In this document: in pieces, positions 11,509-24,587 of the stretch
Position numbering within the stretch: position 1 is the stretch's first letter
Layout of the letters: every line of letters begins with the position of its first letter
Assembly (NCBI RefSeq): GCF_006345805.1
Contig: NC_043001.1
Location: forward strand, 48,484,001-48,548,000
Direction of reading: 5' to 3'
DNA: 64,000 nucleotides
Source of the DNA: Octopus sinensis
Taxonomy: Eukaryota
Made by a program: the position numbers and the translations under genes
Notes under the pieces: generated by a model
What the model saw: the letters and a program-made list of their open reading frames with translations, nothing else
Databases searched by the model: none
What the model was told of the DNA's origin: nothing

Positions 11509-13251
11509 ATAAAATTTAAATTAATCAAAGGACATACTAAGTATGTCTACCTGCTGGAAATGACAGCCAAAATACACTGATACTAACTACAGAAATCAAC
11601 CGTCCGAAGGCAAACTGGTTAAGACAATCTCTCAGCATACACTCAAGTATTTGGACTCACGTGGACCGATTTCTGGACTGGCATAATAGCCTCATCTTCC
11701 TCAGCACGACCATAAACCTGCCAGAGAGCGACCAATATCTCGATAGTTTGCTTTTCTCAGCCTTGCTTTCCTCAGTTTGCTTTTCTCAGACGTCGTTAGC
11801 TAATCACACCAATCCTCGCTGGAGAAGGCGTCACAGCATGTGGTATACCAGATGAGGAGCCAATCGTCACGATACGGGAAAATTGCCATAGCGCCAGGCC
11901 TTTTACCGTCCCCTCGGTCTAGCCCCGCTGATTCGAGTTGGGAAGGGCAGCCGAAAGTCATTTTCCCACGACCGTAAAGGAGTGGTAGGTTTCTTTAGTT
12001 TCGCGCTCTTGCGGTTGTATTTTTAAACATACTTTTGTTTACTATAAAATAAAAAAATTAAAAAGTGGGGTTTCAAACTTCAAACATTCAAGATTTCAGC
12101 TAATTACAAAGTAAACCAACAAGCTAGGAAATGGGAGGTAGTTAACCAGCGGAGAGAAGGTCGGCCTTCACCACCGCCGGCCTACTTTCATCAGGGAAGC
12201 AGTCCCTCCATTCACTGCCAGGAACGCAACTCTCACCCCTATCATAACGACAACGACGTTGAAGACGACGGCGACTTCGATAAAGGAGGTGGCTGCGGTG
12301 GTGGTGCCGGTGGTGGTGCCGGTGGCGGCTGCAGCTACGATGACGACTACGACATGCTAAGCAACAAAATCAATAAGGACGACACCGATACTCAAGTTAA
12401 ACAAAATCTTTGAAAATAATAACACCGCCGCCATCAGCTTAACAACTTCTATGTCCAGAAGTAACCAAAAGAAAAAATACAAACAGAAAGCAAAAGAAAG
12501 ATCACCAACCATCACCACCTTTAGCTACAAGACTATAACAAAATAAAACGCAAGAAAGCTGATACATGCAAGAAGAAAATACAACCAGCAAGTACAACTT
12601 CTAATACAGATACAAACAGCGCCAATGCCGCCTCGCCTCCAGCATCACTAGCAACACACACATATACACCTACATACAAAAGAAAAAAAGTTATGTCGCA
12701 TTGTAAAATTTTTATGCTGCACACGAATTTAGGAAATTTCCGATATAGAAAACAAAAATAGTCTATAATAGAACTGTATGGCTGAACACGCAATAACTAT
12801 GATGTCTTGTTCTAAGTAGCATCATTTGATTATAGGGTTATGAAAGATTATATTTTGTATTGGGGATGACGTGAAGTAAAAGAAAATATCTTTAAAAGAA
12901 AAGAACAATTGCTTCATAACAAATATACAATAGATTAAGAAATGACTAAATAAAATATTAATCTTTATTATAATGGGATTATGTATGTATACCAGTGGCA
13001 CAGCTAATAAGGGACGAAAGGGAATGATCGCTCCCTCCCGCACCATTTTTCGAAATTGGCGCTTTTCAACAATTTTTTTTAACGTTTTAGTTATATCAGT
13101 AGTTTTAAGTTTCATGCATAATGACATAGGTACTGAGATATGAAATTAATGAATGTAGAATACAATTATGTGTCTCATAACTAATGAAATATTTCGCGTA
13201 ATATAAGAGAAATGAGTTTAGTATGTGTCACGGTGCCTATTTTTATGTACT

Positions 13252-13478
13252 CGCATGGCTTAGTGGTTAGTGTGTTCGACGCATCATCGTAAGATTGTGG
13301 TCTCAATTCCTGGACCGGGCGACGTGTTGTGTTCTTGAGCAAAACATTTCATTTCACATTGCTCCAGTCCACTCAGCTGGCAAAAATGAGTAATCCTGCG
13401 CGTCCCATCCCGGCAGGGAATTCGTGCGCCATGGAAACCAGGAGGCTGGCCCTTGTGAGGCGGCATGACCCGAGAAGG
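13252..13478 (+). mobile_element. SINE family C
   Basis: Match to 8889-9133. Confidence 0.8.
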
Positions 13479-13891
13479 TAACTTTTACCCTAACTTTAAA
13501 CTCTGGTTATGCCTCTCATGTATGTAAACATACATTTTATCGTTAAGTTAAGACACGGTGCACGGTACCAGAATTTACGACTCGAGTCAAATATAACAGA
13601 CAACTCTAAATAGTTGTTAGAGTATCTGCATATGTAGAGTCTAGACCGGCTAGTTTGTACTGGCATCGTGTTGTATAAGTTGTAAAAATGAAGTCAAACC
13701 AAAGAGCGATATTTTGAACTTATTTTATACGTACGTTTCATGTTTATGTAATGAACGCATTTCATATAATAAACCACTTGAACTGAAATGTACGTACCGA
13801 ATGAAATCAAAATATCAATATTTGGTTTCACTGCATTATTACAACCCCCTCCCCACACACACACACATAAAAACAAACATACATACATACA

Positions 13892-13964
<73 letters not shown>

Positions 13965-13986
13965 CCAAAGTTACTTCAATAGGTAG

Positions 13987-14400
13987 GGGGTAGCGATTTC
14001 TTCACTCTTCAAGGAGTGACGACCCTGCCTGACACAAGTCCCGGTCTCAGCTGGCTCCGGCTGACAGTACCCGCTGTGGGCCCCTATCCAAGGTTACGGA
14101 AAGGAGACAACCTTTAAAGAAATCCGAAGTGGAGCCCCGTAGACGGTTTAGTGTTCGACTCGACACTCTTCCGGCAGCTCCTGCAACCAAGCTGGTGCCA
14201 AACATAATTCTCTGCACTCATATGGACTACGTCAGCAAGGTCGAGAGAGTAATCCTGACGATTGGGCTACCCAGGATTTTCTTACATCTAGCCCAGGGCT
14301 GCGCAATACTGGAGAGGATGCACAACTCCATTGTCTCCCGAGACAAAAGGATACCAACAACTTCAATTAGTTCATTTCGAGGATGACCAAATGGACGGAT
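13987..14400 (+). mobile_element. Probable RTE-like LINE 5' UTR
   Basis: ATCCGAAGTGGAGCCCC..CCTGCAACCAAGCTGGTGCCAAAC resembles RTE leaders (from recall); GC-rich island. Confidence 0.45.
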
Positions 14401-14530
14401 CCTGAAGAAACTGTATTGACAATAATGTAACAGTGAGCAGTTGCTGTAGCGGAAACACGTGTCGATCATTATAATATGCTGTATATTACTATAAAATAAA
14501 TCTTGTGGATATACAAGCCTCCATACTCTA

Positions 14531-14850
<320 letters not shown>

Positions 14851-15429
14851 TCTCTAGTAGACCTTTCCGTCGATTTCCGTAAAAAACTTCTTTTTTTTTA
14901 CATATGGGCTTGCGGGAACTTTTGAAGTAATGAGAGCGAAAGAGACTAAGAGAAAGCGATTTTATGACGAGGGAAGTTCTTTTGAAGTTACCGTCCAGGG
15001 GAAGCATTGATGTACATGTGTGTGTGCGTGTGAGTGTGTGTGTTTGATGGGGTGTGGGAGACAGACAGTATGTTGTGTAAGTGAAGTGGTTCTGTTAGTG
15101 TGAAGAGACAGAGTAATGTGTGAAAGAGAGAGATAACTGAAATGTTTTACTCGGTGTATGTGTATATGTATGTATGTGTGTGTGTATGTATGTATGTATA
15201 TGTGTGTGTGTATGTATGTGTGTGTGTATGTGTGTGTATGTATGTATGTATGGCCGAGAAGAATATCTATTCATGAGAAGAATATCCCCTGCACATTTTA
15301 TAACTCTCCCGTCTTTTTCTTACCATTTCACAATCGTCACATCAACAGAGACATTAAGGCTGCACAGTAGCAGTCGACAAGGCATGTATAACGATTAAAT
15401 AAAAAAAAATTGTCTATATCTTCGATCAC

Positions 15430-16190
15430 TGTCATTATTCCATTGAGTCAACCTCATTATTTTCTACATAACAGACCGTTATGATTTCAAGAGAAGTTTA
15501 AGGCGCTTGAAATATGTAGTGATGACCTTGTCTTTCGTTTTTCTGTACAAGATATTGTCCAGCTTCAGGATCCCAAGGTACTTGTACCCATCGTCATCCG
15601 AGTCTTCCATTCTCTCTCCGTTTGGCAATTCTATGCCCTTACAATTTACTCTTTCCCCCGGAAACACTTGACATGTGTGGAATAGCTGAGAACGTGTGTG
15701 CACTGATTAAGAACAGCATGCCTAGTTGGAAAACGCGTCTTTCCTGACACAGCCAACACTTAGCCCAGGTAACAATCAAAAGAGGTATCTTTCAAAGAGA
15801 CTCCTGTTCACCTCTTTTATTTGTTATAGCCTTGATCCCACTTTCTGTATTCCTACGTAAAATTATCGTGCACTATGAGCTGAGAAAGAATGGACCTCGT
15901 CTCAACCACCTTCTCTTCGTGAATGATTTAAAACTGTTGATAAAAACAAAAAACAGAGCCTGAAATGGAGAAGCTGGTTGAGACTGTGCGAATGTGCAGT
16001 AAAGATACAGGGATGGAATTTGGTAACTCGAAGTGTATGGTGCTATGTCGCAAGCCTTTTTGAAGTCTATCCAGACAATGCATAAGTTTTTTTGGTACCG
16101 TTTACAGTTCTTCGTTATAACCTTGTTTATCAAAAAGGTGGTCTTTGGTGCCCTTAAATCCTTTTGAACTGCGGCTATGCTAGGGAACTA
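15430..16190 (-). mobile_element. R4/Dong-like RT fragment with internal inversion
   Basis: Minus: GTKDHL..WIDFKKACD and GIELPNG..YKYLGIL; plus (15660-16045): RGIFQRDSCSPLLF..NHLLFVNDLKL..GMEFGNSKC. Confidence 0.9.
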
Positions 16191-16667
16191 GCTTGAAGAA
16201 ATTTTGGTCGCAGAAAAATCAGCATTTTAAAATATATATTTAAAGTATTTTGTTTTTTTCTTTCAGCACTTACAAATTAATGAGAATAAATTCACCTTTT
16301 GAACTTTCTCCGGCCGTTATTCGTTCAAATGTACTTCTTATTGTTTTTGTTTCTATACATTTCTTGAAGTAAATGCTTTCTCTTTTGTTAGAATTCAAAT
16401 AATATGTACATTGAATAGTAAAGGATCTGGAGTCCTGTTATTCTATTATTGATGTTGAGGTCACTTTATTTTCATTTTCAAACTGTAAATTATTCGAAAG
16501 CGAGGAATATTTGAAACACACGGTAGGACAAAGATGTTTTGACACCGTTTTTCGATTGATTATATTTTCTTTACTTAAAAAGTGGAATTTTGGAAAATCC
16601 TTTTTTTTTTACAACCGCAATTTCCGTTTTTGTTTGCGTGGAATTATAAAACAAAAATTGTAAGAGT

Positions 16668-17200
16668 TGGCTGCTATTTCTAGCATGTGGAGAGACCTTC
16701 TAGGCTTAACTTTATGTGCTGGTTGAAAATCACCTAAAAAAGATTATGGGGTCGATACATTCGACTAAAAATTCTTCAAGGCGGTGTATCAGCATGGCCG
16801 CAATCCAGTGACTGAGACAAGTAAAAAGATTTTTAGAAAATTAAATAAATAACCAAAAAATATAACCGAGGGGGTGTTATAAAACCATTTCAAGAGATTT
16901 GACTGTTATTTCTAGCATGTCGAGAAACCTTCTAGGCTTGACTTCATGCGCTGGTTGAAATTCATTAAAAAAAATTTTGAGGTCGATACTACCGACTAAA
17001 AATTCCTCAAGGTGGTGCCCCAACATGGCCGCAGTCTAATCACTGCAACAAGTTAAAAGAAAAACAATAATGTATTATATCACAAAAGTGGTTTTGATCA
17101 AGCTTTAAAAAATTTCTGGGTTCCATACCGCCTTCTAAAAATTCTTCAAGGTGCTGCCTCAGCATGGCCGGCCGTAGTCTAATAACTGCAACAAGAAAAT
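16668..17200 (+). repeat. Three tandem diverged SINE 3'-tail units
   Basis: ATTTCTAGCATG..CTAAAAATTC..AAGG(C/T)GGTG..CATGGCCGCA at 16668 and 16898, and partly at 17134. Confidence 0.75.
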
Positions 17201-17642
17201 AAAATTCAACTAAAAATTCTAAAAACGTAAAATTAACTGAAAATTTTTACCGTGGGGCTTTTGTACTAGGGGGCTTTTGTTCGGATCCCATATAGAAATA
17301 TATATATATATATATATATAATTATAACAATGAGGGTCTTTGCAGCAAGTTGCTAGACCACGTACCGAAAGCTTTAGAAATAGCAGCTAGAGGACTGCTA
17401 TTTCCTTTTACTACAAAAATATGTCTCCACAGACAACAGTATTTGTAAGTCATTATATGGCAAAAAAAGAAGAAAATAACGAAATCAAACAGTCCCGGTC
17501 GGTCCTTTTCCATACCGAAATACTACTTGGTGAAATTTGTTGATTTTATTAAATTAATTATATTTCACCCTTTATCTGTATATTATAATATATATATAAT
17601 ATATATATTATATATATATATATATATATAATCTATATATAT

Positions 17643-17671
<29 letters not shown>

Positions 17672-17673
<2 letters not shown>

Positions 17674-17976
17674 AAGGGTAAAGACCCCCTTCGGTCAGGC
17701 ACTGACCATGGGTTTGCACCTAGAGAGATACCCTCTGAGGCACAAGTCTGGGCAAGGTTGTTTTATGGAAGACCAGCAGTCGCCCATGCATACCGGCCTC
17801 CCCTTCCACGTCACCGATGTTGTCCAAGGGAAAGGCAAGGGCGATAAGTTGGCACCTGTGACGTCGCAACTCATTTCTACAGCTGAGTGAACTGGAGCAA
17901 CGTGAAATAAAGTGCCTTGCTCAAGAACACAACACCCAGCCCCATCCGGGATTCGAGCTCACAACCTCACGATCGT
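17672..17976 (-). mobile_element. SINE related to family C, 5'-truncated
   Basis: TGTGTTCTTGAGCAAGGCACTTTATTTCACGTTGCTCCAGTTCACTCAGCT domain on minus strand. Confidence 0.7.
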
Positions 17977-18003
17977 AATATATATATATATATATATATA
18001 TAA

Positions 18004-18415
18004 AGGCGCAGGAGTGGCTGTGTGGTAAGTAGCTTGCTAACCAACCACATGGTTCCGGGTTCAGTCCCACTGCGTGGCACCTTGGGTTAGTGTCTTCTAC
18101 TATAGCCTCGTGCCGACCAAAGCCTTGTGAGTGGATTTGGTAGACGGAAACTGAAAGAAGCCCGTCGTATATATGTATATATATATATATGTGTGTGTGT
18201 GTTTGTGTGTCTGTGTTTGTACCCCCTAGCATTGCTTGACAACCGATGCTGGTGTGTTTATGTCCCCGTAACTTAGCGGTTCGGCAAAAAGAGACCGATA
18301 GAATAAGTACTGGGCTTACAAAAGAATAAGTCCCGGGGTCGAGCTGCTCGATTAAAGGCGGTACTCCAGCATGGCCGCAGTCAAATGACTGAAACGAGTA
18401 AAAGAGTAAAAGAGT
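18004..18415 (+). mobile_element. SINE family B (CORE-like; probably the octopus OR-type)
   Basis: tRNA-like head TGGCTGTGTGG..GGTTCAGTCCC, CORE-like CACCTTGG.., internal (TG)n, tail GAAACGAGTAAAAGAG. Confidence 0.85.
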
Positions 18416-19041
18416 ATATATATATATATATCCATATAGCCAAAACTCAGAACAACTCTTTTGGTCAGTCTAAAATGAAATATACAACTTTCAAAAGCTA
18501 ATTGCAATATATCTTTATAAAAATGATGCCTTCACTGTCTCTTGTGAATGTCTATTCTCAAACCAGCCACCACATTATGCGGTCTTTCTTACGTTCTACG
18601 ACTGTCATACTCTTTAGACACTTCATCAACTTACTTTTCTAATTTTAAACTTATTCAGTCCTTTCTCACTACCGTCATTATTTTACTACACGCTAAGGAG
18701 AATACTAGAAAGGAAAAAAAAAAAAACTATCAGAACTTATCTCCTGGGATGTGTATGATAATAAAATAACCTATAAGAAAACTAGTGAGTATGGTTTGGG
18801 TACCATATCAATTACACTTCATATAAATTGCAATACAAAAACTACGCACCCTCGACCTGCTAAAAATAGTGGCCAAATCCCTCGCAGATCACACCCTACT
18901 GTCTTAAGAATGTAAATATGTATATATGCAATCCTGTATGTATGCTTGTATGTCATTTTGCAGTTTTATTTCGAGATTTCTTGCCAACAGAGAAAGAGCC
19001 GGTTTCTAACCTAGATTGGAATTTCAACACCAGGGTACTTT

Positions 19042-19044
<3 letters not shown>

Positions 19045-19073
<29 letters not shown>

Positions 19074-19101
19074 TGTATGTATGTATGTATGTATGTATGT
19101 A

Positions 19102-19138
<37 letters not shown>

Positions 19139-19290
19139 ATGTGTATGCATGCATGCATGCATGCATGCATGCATGTATGTATGTATGTATGTATGTATGT
19201 ATGTATGTATGTATGTTTGTATGTATGTATGTATGTATGTATGTATGTATGTATGTATGTTTGTATGTATGTATGTATGTATGTATATGT
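19045..19290. repeat. (TATG)n microsatellite
   Basis: Direct sequence. Confidence 0.95.
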
Positions 19291-19374
19291 TCAGATGTGT
19301 ATGCTTTGTTTTGTTATGTCTTCTCATGCATATAATTACATATCTAGACATGCTCATATATATTTAAATGATAA

Positions 19375-19710
19375 CTTCTGGAAAGTTTTACTGATTTTCA
19401 CAGTTCCAGTGATGGACTGGATCTGTAGTCATCAAATTAGCTTTCTCCTTTCTGGTTTTGTGAAGTCTAATTTCTCAAGATTGGTATTTAGGCAGTGCGT
19501 TAAATATCCCATGGCCCCGATTATTACTTGTAATCTGGATAGAATAACTGCAGATTTGTCAATAGTTCAGCGTAGGTATTCTCTTTTTCATCGATCTTCA
19601 GCTTTGTGTTAACATCCGCTGGGTAGCTAATTTCCATAACTATGCACAGGTTCTCTCCCCATCCCAAATCATTATATCAGGTCTGTTGTTCTTGTATATG
19701 TATGTATTGT
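19375..19710 (-). mobile_element. R4/NeSL-type restriction-like endonuclease fragment of a LINE
   Basis: NNRPDIMIWD..MEISYPADVN..IIGAMGY..LQIQSITGTVKI. Confidence 0.8.
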
Positions 19711-20036
19711 TTGAGCCAACGTAGGTGCCTCTATGTGGAGCCTCAGCCTGCTAAAATACAAAACAAATCTGTCACAGATTACACTCTAGTCTAAAATTAC
19801 ATTTTTTCATCTTACTCGCCGTTTTCGATTTCGTGAGGTAGCAGCAAAATATCTAATTCTACAGTATACTCTGGTTGTAAGTAATAACGTAAAATATAAT
19901 ATTGCTGGCTTCACTGAAATGTCCAATTCGCATCAAGAGAGTATACATAGTCATTGATACGTGAGATGCATAAGAACAGAAGGCGATCAATGGTTAAAAT
20001 TGATGAAAATAGTGCGTTTTGGTGTACACCAAATTT

Positions 20037-20337
20037 AAGGCGGCGAGCTGGCAAGGCGGCGAGCTGGCAAGGCGGCGAGCTGGCAAGGCGGCGAGCTGGC
20101 AAGGCGGTGAGCTGGCAGAATCGTCAGCACGCCGGGCGAAATGCTTAGCGGTATTTCGTCTGCCGCTACGTTCTGAGTTCAAATTCCGCCGAGGTCGACT
20201 TTGCCTTTCATCCTTTCGGTGTCGATTAAATAAGTACCAGTTACGTACTGGGTCGATATAAACGACTTAATCCGTGTGTCTGTCCTTGTTTGTCCTCTCT
20301 GTGTTTAGCCCCTTGTGGGTAGTAAAGAAATAGGTAC
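20037..20337 (+). mobile_element. SINE family A with 5 tandem head repeats and 13-bp TSD
   Basis: TSD GTACACCAAATTT at 20024-20036 and 20338-20350. Confidence 0.92.
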
Positions 20338-20951
20338 GTACACCAAATTTCTCATAACAGTTCAAAATATCTTGTGACTTGAACACTAGACCAAAGACAA
20401 TATTTCTGGACACATTCTGTGCATTTCTATAGTTTTTGCTCAATGCCACGTTGATTTTACACGACACTGCTATGGTGACAAATAACAAGCCATTTTGGAT
20501 GTTATGATTTGGAGGCTTGCCCTGACAAGAAACAAAGATCACTCGCATCACGAAAGTGAGGACCTACAAAAGGTAATGGGGAGAATAGATATTCTTGGCA
20601 CGTGAAAGGCATCTCGGTTTCGGCCACTTGAACAAGATAGCAGACCTTAAAAACTGACTTCGTAACTGGCAAAGATTAATCAAATTTTATAAAATTTTAT
20701 AAATTTTTTAAATAGTTTTGAAACGGCCAATAAACATATTTTCCGGATTTACTCGTGTTTATATGTCTTCTTTCAAATTTAATGTTAAATCTTTGTACAT
20801 GAATTTCTTGCATTCATATTCAAAGTTACCCCGGGTAAAAGTCGCACCCCAGTTTTTCCGCTTAAAATCAAGTATAACATAGTGCTACTTTTACATGAGT
20901 AAACACAATAAGCTAAATATTTTTTTTTCCATCATAAACAATAAAACAGGC

Positions 20952-20987
<36 letters not shown>

Positions 20988-21099
20988 TAATAATAATAAT
21001 AATAATAACAATAATAATAGTAATAATAATAATATCATAAGTCAAATGACCCATAATGATGACAATGTGAAAAACGGAATGTCGCGAAAGTACAGCTTC

Positions 21100-23130
21100 G
21101 AAAAAAGAAATTTTTTAATTTTTTTGCTTTTAATTTGAAGAAGCATGGCTTAACACAAAAGTTGAATCAGAAATGCTAGAATCAAAGAATCTGACAGTGA
21201 TTCAGTTCAAAGAAATCTTCCAATACAATGAAAGTCAAGGGTTAATCTATAATATTTGTAGTGAAGCAAATGTTTCTAACTTGTTCACTATTGGCAAAAC
21301 ATACAATGAGGGGTGTAAATTGGATTGCCTGTAAAGACATTTATCATAGAAGCAACATATTTCTGCTATCGAAATTCTTTGATTTTAGATTATTCATCCA
21401 TAAAAACTAATCTTTGAGGAAATTTCAGTTAAAGAGAAATTAACCGAAGTGAAGAACGTAAAGGCTTCCAAGGCAAATGGAGTAAAGATTCTCTTAGACA
21501 ATTGCTACTTGCAATACAAATAAGCGATTCAATGGACTCTATACAATATACTTAAGATCATATGGCAGAATATGTGCCCTTGGTAACTGGCGGCGTGGTA
21601 AAAATTATGCATTTGAGTTTATAGAATCAATAAATAGCGTCATTCATTCAGAAATTGTCAGAAATTCGATAATTAATCATTCGGCACAAATATTTCTATT
21701 ACTAAATTAATAAAATGTTTATACCGTATTTTAAGTTCAGGAAAATAGCAGACGATAACTATGAGGCAATTTTTAGAGGATTTTAAATTTGGATTCTTGC
21801 TATGCAGAATCGATTACAAATCCGATCAAACATTTCAATGAGATCAGTCAGATGGATATACAAGCATGGTAACGTTCACTTCAGATGGTTCGTTTATAAA
21901 GTAAGGGGGAAATACATGGAAGGAGCCATTAGATGTGAATAAATTTTCCTTCATCAAAAGGTTGGAGCTTAGCTTGGTAGGAGGGAGAGGTCCGACCTGA
22001 GTGACGCCCTTATGAAGGTGGTACTTTTGGAATTCCTGTATAGGCTTGTATAGGCTTAGGAGCCCGTGGTGGTAAGCAGCAGAATCGAGTGCTGCCCCGA
22101 CCGGCACACAATCTAGCTATGCCACTGTGTAACATAGTAGAAATGTGTTACACGCCGAGAAAATAGAGCAACAATTGATTCTTGTAACACTGTACCAAAA
22201 GTGAAAGAAATATGAACCTTATCTCAAGATAGTCTCAACTGCTTTCTGTAGATTATCAAGAAGAAAATAAGAAATTTGAGGATATAAATTGAGGATATAA
22301 ACAAAATTTACAATGTGAAACTTGATCATTGCAGGCTCTTAAGGAGGTGCGGTGGTTACCAAGGCATCCGGCACTTAAACCACCAGTGTGAAATTCTGAA
22401 ACCTTTCTGAATTACTTCAAAATTGGCAAAAATGAAAATAATGATCCAATTGTTAAATGCTACCATTGAAAATTTTCTGAATGATATTGAATTGCAATTT
22501 TCTGAACTAATTATATTTCTGAGTTAGCTGCACAATGTAAATACTAACAAAAACAGCTTAATCTTCTAATGAAAGGAAATTTTGTAAGATAAGAAAACAT
22601 CTTAGGGGATTGTTTGCAGGAATGAAACCCTTCAAAATATCATTGTATGTGGCACGGAAGGGTAAGACCTACATATAAAGGACCTTTTAACATTTGTTTA
22701 TTTAAATGGTCTTGAAAAATTGTCTGCATTTGATTATTCTTGCGCCACATCGGAACAAACTTCCTGTACTATTGATATCGACAACACAATAAATTTTGTT
22801 CATGAAATATGAAGAAGAAAAACTTAAGTTCTTATAAGGACTTCAAATATTTGATGTCTCCAAAAGCAAAACATTAAAGTTCTTGAAAGCTTTCCAATAT
22901 GTGGTGGACTAAATTATGTAAAATGTTGATCATTTTAATGCACTCACTTAGCATCTTGATATATGTGCAAATTTTCAAGCCTTAAGTTTTGATTGTGAAC
23001 GCGAATTCAATTAGGTGAAAACTATTCAATCAGAATAGAGAAATATATTACAAAACAATCTCCTCTAATATACCTCTGAGCATCAGCTCTTGTAGATGTA
23101 GAAAAAAAATTTGAAATTAGCTTTGAAATT
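21100..23130 (+). mobile_element. Fossil hAT transposase (ZNF862/Tip100-like)
   Basis: Decayed TTF-type zinc-finger region (CKLDCL*RHL..H), VTFTSDG, HCV, LKEVRWL, and C-terminal FDCEREFN*VK..RNIL. Confidence 0.7.
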
Positions 23131-23154
23131 ATATATTCGGTCGTGGTCAAGTAT

Positions 23155-24190
23155 GAAATTTATAGAAAAGAAAAAAAAGTTTGCTAATGTTTTATAAAGA
23201 ATAGTTTTATTCATCAAAGTATGCACCCATATTGTAAATACACTTTTGCCATTTCCGTGGTAGCTTGTCCATCCCGGAACTGTAAAATCCTGGCAATCTA
23301 GAGTCAATAAAATTTTGGAAGGCTTGTTGTATAGCATCGTCGGAATTAATTTTTTTCCTATCAAAAAGTTATCCAAATTCTGGAAGATGTGGTAGTCAGT
23401 GGGAGCAAGTTCAGCTGAGTATGATGGATGATGGAGGACTTCCAACCCCAACTCTTGTAGTTTTGCCAATGTCATTTTTGCGAGGTGTGGTCTGGTGTTG
23501 TCTTGCAATAAAATAGGAGTGGATCTGTTGACTGATTTAGGATGGTATTTGTAAGTTTCTGCATCGTTTGGTCCAGTTGGCTGCAGTATACTTCGGCCGT
23601 GATTGATGAGCCAGGTTTAATGAAATCATAATGGATCACACCTGCGCCAGACCACCAAACACATACCATCAGTAACTTTTGATGAATTTTGCTTTCTGGC
23701 TCGTCTTTGTCTAACCATTGTGCTGAACGTTTACGGTTGTTGTATTGGATCCATTTCTTATCACATGTTACAATTCGATTAAAAAATGATTCATTTTTGT
23801 GACGAAAAAGTAGCATAATGCAGGCTTCCATACGTTGCTGTTTCTGATTTTCATTGAGTTTATGTGGAACCCACTTATCCAACTTTTTCACTTTACCGAT
23901 TTGAACTAAGTAAGTCAATATTATTTGCTTGCTAACACCAAACGACAACGATAATTCACGGGCACTTTGGGATGGATCTGACTCGACGGTGGCTTTCAGT
24001 TCGTCATTATCCACCTTTGTTTCTGGTCAACCGCGTAGCTCATTTGTAAGATGAAAGTTACCAGAATGAAATCTTGCAAACCAATTTGTTACAGTCTGCT
24101 GTGTAATAACATTAGAATGAAATACTCCATTCATATTCCGAGTTTTCTGTGATGCTGTATTTCCAAGAAAGAACCCATATTTCAAAACTG
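23155..24190 (-). mobile_element. Decayed mariner transposase
   Basis: WVPHKL, RIVTCDKKW, QDNTRPH, HPSYSAELAPTDYHIF; one frameshift between ORFs 23472-24014 and 23083-23508; TIRs not resolved. Confidence 0.92.
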
Positions 24191-24450
24191 TACAAATTTC
24201 AGACTCATCCCTCTCTAAACAAAAATAGCTAAAAACGATTTATAAATACTTTATAAAGCGCAAAATGAGTTAGAATAAAAAAAATAGATGTGACAGCTTT
24301 TTAACAAAAACTAAAGATTGTCGAAATATAATAATGGCGTACAATGAGCAACTGTCAAAGTTTACCATACATCTTACTACACATTTCATACTTGACGACG
24401 TAATATATATATATATATATATATACACAATAATAATAATAATAATAATA

Positions 24451-24500
<50 letters not shown>

Positions 24501-24587
24501 GGGAATATAATTCCAAAACTTACAGGGAAAATTTCAATTTAACAATTTAAAATCAAATTTCACAATGTATAATATATGTATATAATT

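Noticed and set aside
11928-11960. CTGATTCGA..GAAAG as a hammerhead
   Set aside because: Core spacing wrong and no stem III
20037-20116. CRISPR-like array
   Set aside because: Contiguous 16-nt repeats without spacers, derived from a SINE head, in eukaryotic DNA
19900-20910. pogo/Tigger-like transposase fossil around the SINE
   Set aside because: Only faint motif echoes (KIDEN, IFLDTF, QPLDV-like); too weak to call without a search
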